A stretch of DNA of 11,844 nt from Candidatus Krumholzibacteriia bacterium (GTDB taxonomy: Bacteria > Krumholzibacteriota > Krumholzibacteriia > WVZY01): assembly GCA_036478295.1 (NCBI GenBank), contig JAZGDW010000211.1, positions 1-11,844 on the forward strand, written 5' to 3'. A program made the position numbers and the translations under genes. Positions 6,572 to 11,844 of the stretch are shown here, one piece after another (the first letter of the stretch is position 1; every line of letters begins with the position of its first letter). The notes beneath the pieces were generated by a model that saw only the letters and a list, made by a program, of their open reading frames with translations, was not told the origin of the DNA and did no database searches.

Positions 6572-7762
6572 ATGCCTATTCCCACGCCTTTTCACGAACG
6601 AACACTGCAGTGTTGTATAAGTCTCCTCTACAAGGACTGGGCCGGCTACTATGCGGTCAAGTCGTACGACACCTATCCCGAGCGTGAGTACTTTGCCTTC
6701 CGCCACACGGCGGGACTCGTCGACGTCACCCCGCTTTTCAAATACGAGGTCTATGGCAAGGACGCGGCAGCGCTGCTGTCCCGCATCATGGTGCGGAACA
6801 TCGCCAAACTGAAGCGGGGACGCGTGGCCTACACCTGCTGGTGCGACGACGCCGGCAAGGTGATCGACGACGGCACCGTGTCACGGCTCGACGAAGACTA
6901 TTACCGTGTTACTTCCACCGAACCCAATCTATCCTGGTTTCATCGCTTCGCGCGGGGGTACCAGGTGACTATCGAGGACAGCAGCCGGCGGCTGGGTGTA
7001 CTGGCGCTGCAGGGGCCGAAGTCCAGGGAGATTCTCGACGAGGTCACCGACGACGGCCTCGGCGATCTCAAGTACTTCGCGGTAAAACAGGCGCAGATCG
7101 ACCGGTGCCGGGTTTACGTGTCGAGGACGGGTTACACCGGTGACCTCGGTTACGAGGTGTGGGTGGAGAACGAGAACGCGACCAAAATATGGGATGCGTT
7201 GAACGCGGTGGGCCAGAAGTACGGGATGCTGCCGGCCGGTCTGGACGCGATGGACATTACGCGTATAGAAGCGGGCTTCGTCTTGAACGGCATCGACTAC
7301 TTCAACGCGAACCACTGCATGATCAAGGAGAGAAAGTCGACTCCGTACGAACTCGGCTTCGACTGGATGGTCAAGTTGAAGAGAGGACCGTTCAACGGTC
7401 GCGAAGCGCTGGTGCTGGAGAAGTTGCGGGGACCGGATCGCATGCTCGTCGGTCTCGAGCTCGACTGGGACGAGCACGAGGCGTTGTTCGCGGCGAGGGG
7501 GCTGCCGCCGGAGATCGGGGCCGAAGCGTGGAGAAGCTCTGTTCCGGTTTACGACGACGCCGGCCGGCAGGTGGGTTACGCGACCAGTGGCGCGTGGTCG
7601 CCGACGCTCAAGAAAAACCTCGCGCTGGCGACGGTGCAGCGTGGTTTCGAGTCCATCGGCAAGGTTCTGAGGTTCGAGGTGACGGTGGAGTACGAGCGCA
7701 AGACCGTGGCGGCGACGGTCGCCAAGAAGCCATTCTTCGACCCCGAGCGCAAGCGGCGCTGA
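6572..7762 (+). CDS. Aminomethyltransferase family protein (GcvT-like, tetrahydrofolate-binding), probably not canonical GcvT
   Basis: Motifs TPFHERT, GLVDVTPLFKY, GKVIDDGTV, LALQGPKSR, SRTGYTGDLGYEVW, RIEAG, SGAWSPTLKKNLALA and PFFDPERKR. No gcvH or gcvP adjacent. Confidence 0.9.
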   Translation: MPIPTPFHERTLQCCISLLYKDWAGYYAVKSYDTYPEREYFAFRHTAGLVDVTPLFKYEVYGKDAAALLSRIMVRNIAKLKRGRVAYTCWCDDAGKVIDDGTVSRLDEDYYRVTSTEPNLSWFHRFARGYQVTIEDSSRRLGVLALQGPKSREILDEVTDDGLGDLKYFAVKQAQIDRCRVYVSRTGYTGDLGYEVWVENENATKIWDALNAVGQKYGMLPAGLDAMDITRIEAGFVLNGIDYFNANHCMIKERKSTPYELGFDWMVKLKRGPFNGREALVLEKLRGPDRMLVGLELDWDEHEALFAARGLPPEIGAEAWRSSVPVYDDAGRQVGYATSGAWSPTLKKNLALATVQRGFESIGKVLRFEVTVEYERKTVAATVAKKPFFDPERKRR

Positions 7763-7833
7763 TCATGGGGGAAGGGATGCGACGGAGCACGATTACGGTA
7801 ACAAGGCCTCGGTGTTATCCCCCGGGGAGTGCG

Positions 7834-8325
7834 CTATTTGAGCCCGATCATCGCGCCGACCAGGAGCTTGAAGTCTGGGATGTCGCCAAATCCGAAACGG
7901 GCCTCCACGTTGTAGTAATTGAGGGGGCTGAACGGCATCTTCAATCCGGCGACCAGGCTGAATCCGATCTCGGTATCGGAGCCCCGGCCCTCCGGGGAGA
8001 GGATGCTGAGGGTCGGTCCCGCGCCGCCGTAGATCGACGTGGACGAGCCGGGAAAACTGAGGAGCGATGCCTGTACGTCGAGGTTGAAAGCCGTGACGGT
8101 GAGGTCGTTCCCAAAACCAAAATCCACGCTCGGCGCGAAGCGGCCGATGGAAAACGAGCCCAACTGCGACTGGATGCCGATGGTGAACTGGTCGGGGTCG
8201 ACACTGAATCCGGTACGGGCGCCGATCGCGGGTCTTAGCCCCTGGGCATTTGCGGTTGTGACGGAAATTGCCGCCAGAAACAATGCGAGACACAGCGAGA
8301 TCGAGCGCGCGATGCGTTTATCCAT
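7834..8325 (-). CDS. Small outer-membrane beta-barrel protein (probably 8-stranded, OmpA/OmpW-like fold)
   Basis: Sec signal peptide ending ANA|Q and alternating amphipathic strands (GARTGFS, FAPSVDFGF, IYGGAGPTL, GFSLVAGLKM, NVEARFGF, FKLLVGAMI). GAGGAG RBS upstream of the start. Confidence 0.75.
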   Translation of the reverse strand: MDKRIARSISLCLALFLAAISVTTANAQGLRPAIGARTGFSVDPDQFTIGIQSQLGSFSIGRFAPSVDFGFGNDLTVTAFNLDVQASLLSFPGSSTSIYGGAGPTLSILSPEGRGSDTEIGFSLVAGLKMPFSPLNYYNVEARFGFGDIPDFKLLVGAMIGLK

Positions 8326-8378
8326 GTCGTTCTCCTCGATTGGAAAGTGGTCCTGAATTCTTTTCCGGTACGCGAATA

Positions 8379-8408
8379 AAGGTAGATGCGGCTCTCTGTA
8401 TGCGTCAA
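8379..8408 (-). promoter_or_regulatory. Putative sigma70 promoter for the beta-barrel gene
   Basis: Minus strand reads TTGACG (8408-8403)-N18-TACCTT (8384-8379), ~55 nt upstream of the ATG at 8325. Confidence 0.45.
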
Positions 8409-8511
8409 GCGTTTTTGCCGGTCGCCATGGGCGTCGGCGAGCCTTTGGAGGGCGGGTTGTGTGTGTCCTGGACTACCCGACCATCGACCAATCAGGAACC
8501 GATGAGGTGAG

Positions 8512-10101
8512 ATGGCAAAGAAATACGACGCAATAATAGTCGGGGGCGGCCATAACGGCCTGGTGTGCGCGGCGTACCTGGCCAGGGCCGGCCGCAAGGT
8601 GCTGGTACTCGAGCGGCGCCACGTCCTGGGAGGGGCGGCTGCCACGGAAGAGCTTTACCCCGGTTTCAAGTTCTCGGTGTTTTCCTACGTCGTCAGCCTC
8701 TTCCGGCCGCACATCATCCGCGAGCTCAACCTCGCTGGGCACGGGCTGGAAATCATTCCGCTGGAAGCGTCTCTTCTGCCGTTGCCGGACGGCGATTCGC
8801 TTTGCCGTTGGGCGGATCCCAACCTGACCCGCCGTGAGATCGCGCGCTTCAGCGCGAAGGACGCGGAGAGTTATTCGGAGTTCGGGCTGGCAATGAAAAA
8901 GATGTCCTTCTTTATAAAGCAGCTTATCGACAGCCCCGCACCGGACCCGTTTTCCCGCCGTCCGCGGGAACTCCTGAAGCTCCTGCGCATGGGGAATCTC
9001 ATGCGGTCGGTCGGGTCCGACCTCATGTACCTGCACACCAAGCTGCTCACGATGAGCGCGACCGATTTTCTCGACATGTGGTTCGAGTCCGAAACGCTCA
9101 AGTCACCGATGTCGGTCAGCGGTATCATCGGCACCTTTCTCGGTGTGCGCTCGCCGGGCACGGCGTATGTGCTCCTCCACCATTACATGGGTGAAATAGA
9201 CGGCGCCTACCGCGCGTGGGGATTCTCCAAGGGCGGCACCGGGCAGTTGAGCCGCGCGATCGCCTCGGCCGCCAGGCGATTCGGGGCGGAGATACGAACG
9301 CGCACCCCGGTCGAGAAGTTTCTGGTCAAACGCGGGCGGTGCCGGGGCGTCGTGCTCGAGGGTGGGGAGGAAGTGCGCGCGAAGCAGGTGTTCTCGAGTC
9401 TCGATCCGCGCCGCACCTTCCTCGGCATGGTCGGCGAGAAGCACTTCGACGGGGACTTCGTGCATTCCATAAAGCGCTACAAGCTGCGCGGCAGCTCGGG
9501 CAAGGTCAACCTCGCCGTGGATCGTTGTCCCGAGTTCACGTGCCGCCCGGGTGCCGGGCCGCACCTGAGGGGCGATATCGCGATTGCGCCGAGCTTCGAC
9601 TATCTCGAGAAGGCGTACGACCAGGCGAAATATGGTGACTTCTCGGAACGGCCGTACCTGAATGTCGTAATTCCATCGCTCGTCGATTCAACGGTCGCGC
9701 CGCCCGGCAAGCATGTCGTGTCGATCTTTGTGCAGTACGCCCCGTATCACATCAAGGAAGGCGCCAGCTTCTGGCCCAAGCGCAGGGAAGCGTTCGGCGA
9801 CGCCGTCGTCGATACGCTCGCCGAGTACTGTCCGACACTCAAGGAATCGATTCTCTACCGCCAGGTACTGACGCCGCTGGACATGGAAGAACAGCTGGGG
9901 TTGACCGAAGGGAATATTTTCCAGGGTGAGCTGAGTCTCGAGCAACTCATGTTCTTGCGACCCGCCCCGGGGTGGTCGCGTTACAAGACCCCGATAAACA
10001 ATCTGTGGATGTGCGGGTCGGGGGCGCACCCGGGTGGTGGCGTCATGGGCGCGCCGGGCGAGCTCGCGGCCAAGACGTTTCTGGGAACGGTGGGGAGATA
10101 G
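8512..10101 (+). CDS. FAD-dependent oxidoreductase, phytoene dehydrogenase-like (COG1233/PYROXD2-like)
   Basis: Rossmann motif YDAIIVGGGHNGLVCAAYLA..G..V.VLERR..LGGAA, KGGTGQLS, TPLDMEEQLGLTEGNIFQGEL and C-terminal LWMCGSGAHPGGGVMGAPG. GAGGTG RBS upstream. Confidence 0.9.
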   Translation: MAKKYDAIIVGGGHNGLVCAAYLARAGRKVLVLERRHVLGGAAATEELYPGFKFSVFSYVVSLFRPHIIRELNLAGHGLEIIPLEASLLPLPDGDSLCRWADPNLTRREIARFSAKDAESYSEFGLAMKKMSFFIKQLIDSPAPDPFSRRPRELLKLLRMGNLMRSVGSDLMYLHTKLLTMSATDFLDMWFESETLKSPMSVSGIIGTFLGVRSPGTAYVLLHHYMGEIDGAYRAWGFSKGGTGQLSRAIASAARRFGAEIRTRTPVEKFLVKRGRCRGVVLEGGEEVRAKQVFSSLDPRRTFLGMVGEKHFDGDFVHSIKRYKLRGSSGKVNLAVDRCPEFTCRPGAGPHLRGDIAIAPSFDYLEKAYDQAKYGDFSERPYLNVVIPSLVDSTVAPPGKHVVSIFVQYAPYHIKEGASFWPKRREAFGDAVVDTLAEYCPTLKESILYRQVLTPLDMEEQLGLTEGNIFQGELSLEQLMFLRPAPGWSRYKTPINNLWMCGSGAHPGGGVMGAPGELAAKTFLGTVGR

Positions 10102-10105
10102 ATCT

Positions 10106-11668
10106 ATGAGCGTGCAGAAGCGGAACGAATACGACGTCATCGTCATCGGCGCGGGCCACAACGGACTCACGGCCGCGGCCCTGCTCGCAAAGGGCGGACG
10201 CAAGGTGGTCGTTCTCGAGAAACGCGAGTTTACCGGGGGCCTAGGTGCCTGCGAGGAGTTTCACTCCGGTTACCGCACGGCCGGCGTCCTGCACGATACA
10301 ACCGGTGTCCGCCACCGGCTGATAAACACGCTCGACCTGAAGCGCTACGGATTCGAGCTGGAAAAGAAGCCGCCCGCCATTTTTGTGCCCCAGAAGAAGG
10401 GGAAAGGGCTCCTGCTTCACGACGATCCGGCAGCGGCGGCCGGCGAGATCGCGGCCTTTTCCAAGAAGGACGTGGAACGGTACTGGGAGTACCGGCGTTT
10501 CATCCATCGGGTTCGCGGGGTCATCACGGAGCTGCTCGATAACGTTCCGCTGGATATCACGCGCATCGAGAAGCGGGCGGACCTGTGGGCACTTTTCAAG
10601 AAAAGCCGCGGTATGCGCAAACTGGCGAGGCGCGACGCGGTCGAGCTCCTGCGCATCGGTCCCATGAGCGTGGCCGACTGGCTGGACGATTGGTTCGAGA
10701 CCGATTTGTTAAAAGCGCTCCTGGCCGGTCCCGCCATTCACGGCGCGTTCATGGGACCGCGTTCGCCGGGAAGCGCGATCAATCTGCTCCTGTGGGAATG
10801 CCGCAAGGGGCCTTCGATAAAAGGCGGCGCTGGGTTCCTGGTGACGGCGCTCGAGGGCGCGGCGCGGGACGCCGGCGTCGAGATCCGCACCTCCGCCGAG
10901 GTCAGCCGCGTCGTCGTCTCCGGCGGCCGGGTCGAGGGCGCACTGCTCGGCAAGAACGAACACATATCCGCGCCGGTCGTCGCCGCTTCCTGCCACCCCA
11001 AGCAGACGTTTCTCGAACTGCTCGCCGGCGAGATGACGACGGAAAAGTTCGAGCGGCGCATCACGCATTTTCGGTCGCAGGGAACCACCGCCAAAGTCGA
11101 TCTCGCCCTCGACGCCCGTATCGAAATGGCGGGCCGCCCCGGCGAGCGGGTCGAGTTCGTGCGCACGGGTGAGAACCTGGACCAGCTGGAGAAGGCCTTC
11201 GACGCCGTCAAGTATGGAAGGTGCTCGGAGACTCCCGTACTGGATATCTACATGCCTGCGTTTTCGAACCCAGGATTCGCGCCGAAGGGCCACAGCGTGC
11301 TTTCCATCCTCGTGCACTACGCGCCCTACGAGTTGAGAAGCAAGTGGAGCGACCAGGAACGGCGCAAGCTGGGCGAGCGCGTCGTCGATACGTTGTGCGA
11401 GTACGCACCCTCGCTACGCGACGCCGTCGTCTCTTGCAGGGTGCAGTCGCCGGTGGACCTGGAGGAACGGTACCGGCTCGCCGGCGGCCACATCTACCAC
11501 GGCGAGCACGCGCTGGATCAGCTCTTGATCCGGCCGGTACCGGAGTGCGTCGGATACGGGTCGCCGGTGCCGGGTCTCTTCATTTGCGGAAGCGGCAGCC
11601 ACCCCGGCGGCGGCATCACCTGCGCACCCGGCGCGCTGGCGGCGGGTGCGATCCTGGAGAATTCCTGA
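10106..11668 (+). CDS. Second FAD-dependent oxidoreductase, phytoene dehydrogenase-like paralogue
   Basis: Motifs YDVIVIGAGHNGLTAAALLA, SPVDLEERYRLAGGHIYHGE and LFICGSGSHPGGG. Start placed at ATG 10106, 4 nt after the upstream stop and preceded by GGGGAG. The track's 10034 start would overlap the upstream gene. Confidence 0.9.
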   Translation: MSVQKRNEYDVIVIGAGHNGLTAAALLAKGGRKVVVLEKREFTGGLGACEEFHSGYRTAGVLHDTTGVRHRLINTLDLKRYGFELEKKPPAIFVPQKKGKGLLLHDDPAAAAGEIAAFSKKDVERYWEYRRFIHRVRGVITELLDNVPLDITRIEKRADLWALFKKSRGMRKLARRDAVELLRIGPMSVADWLDDWFETDLLKALLAGPAIHGAFMGPRSPGSAINLLLWECRKGPSIKGGAGFLVTALEGAARDAGVEIRTSAEVSRVVVSGGRVEGALLGKNEHISAPVVAASCHPKQTFLELLAGEMTTEKFERRITHFRSQGTTAKVDLALDARIEMAGRPGERVEFVRTGENLDQLEKAFDAVKYGRCSETPVLDIYMPAFSNPGFAPKGHSVLSILVHYAPYELRSKWSDQERRKLGERVVDTLCEYAPSLRDAVVSCRVQSPVDLEERYRLAGGHIYHGEHALDQLLIRPVPECVGYGSPVPGLFICGSGSHPGGGITCAPGALAAGAILENS

Positions 11669-11685
11669 GGCTTGGTGGCGGCGTA

Positions 11686-11710
11686 GCAGGTTCGAGTCCT
11701 GCCCGGGGAG
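11686..11710 (+). pseudogene. Isolated tRNA 3' fragment (T-arm, 3' acceptor strand, discriminator), most like tRNA-Asn; possible att-site remnant
   Basis: GCAGG-TTCGAGT-CCTGC is a perfect 5-bp T-stem with a canonical TTCGA loop, followed by CCGGGGA-G. No CCA and no D or anticodon arm upstream, since the preceding CDS ends 17 nt earlier. Confidence 0.6.
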
Positions 11711-11717
11711 TGAGAAG

Positions 11718-11746
11718 ACACCCACGCTTCGGCGGGTTGTAGTTTT
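11718..11746 (+). terminator. Hairpin with a C(UUCG)G tetraloop, possible weak terminator
   Basis: ACACCCACGC-TTCG-GCGGGTTGT forms an imperfect stem, followed by AGTTTT. Confidence 0.35.
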
Positions 11747-11775
11747 GCCGATTTGCTTGCGGAAGGAGGCCCATA

Positions 11776-11844
11776 ATGAGAAGGCTCTTGGTGTTGCTGA
11801 TCCTGGGACAGGTCGTGGCTACTACCGCGCAGGCGCAACTAGAA
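11776..11844 (+). CDS. N-terminus of a secreted protein (signal peptide), 3'-truncated by the window
   Basis: AAGGAGG (11763-11769) precedes ATG 11776. Reads MRRLLVLLILGQVVATTAQA|QLE: basic N-region, hydrophobic core, AQA cleavage site. Confidence 0.7.
   Translation, partial: MRRLLVLLILGQVVATTAQAQLE

Noticed and set aside
7821..7831. CCCGGGGAGTG, identical to 11702-11712, as a possible att pair around the barrel and oxidoreductase genes
   Set aside because: An 11-bp GC-rich match is expected by chance in 12 kb, the copy at 7821 lacks the T-arm, and no recombinase lies between the two.
10034..10105. Longer N-terminus for the second oxidoreductase
   Set aside because: It overlaps the previous gene by 68 nt. 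ATG 10106 has an RBS and puts the Rossmann motif at the N-terminus, as in the paralogue.
8512..11668. Calling the oxidoreductases crtI/crtO and the aminomethyltransferase gcvT
   Set aside because: No crtB/crtE/crtY or gcvH/gcvP in the window, and the motifs support only family-level assignment.
11640..11713. Complete tRNA or tmRNA gene
   Set aside because: No D arm, anticodon arm or CCA, and the upstream sequence is the oxidoreductase coding region. Kept only as a 3' fragment.

Overview
GC-rich bacterial window from a diderm organism (it encodes an outer-membrane beta-barrel). In order it carries: the 3' end of a Zn/Mn-type ABC substrate-binding protein, translationally coupled to a ZnuB/MntB-like permease with an extra HEAT-repeat C-terminal domain; a convergent minus-strand block of a GNAT acetyltransferase, a K+-dependent and probably Na+-pumping membrane pyrophosphatase (hppA), a 370-bp spacer with two long inverted-repeat elements, an unannotated 33-aa membrane microprotein and a PutP-like sodium:solute symporter with an atypical binding motif; a GcvT-like aminomethyltransferase and two tandem phytoene-dehydrogenase-like FAD oxidoreductases, separated by an oppositely oriented small beta-barrel gene; an isolated tRNA 3' fragment (most like tRNA-Asn) followed by a hairpin; and the start of a secreted protein. 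The best leads are the ~168-nt structured element upstream of the microprotein/symporter, the microprotein itself, the permease-HEAT fusion, the GcvT-like plus double oxidoreductase module and the tRNA fragment (possible att scar). All family assignments come from motif recognition by eye. No searches or folding programs were run.
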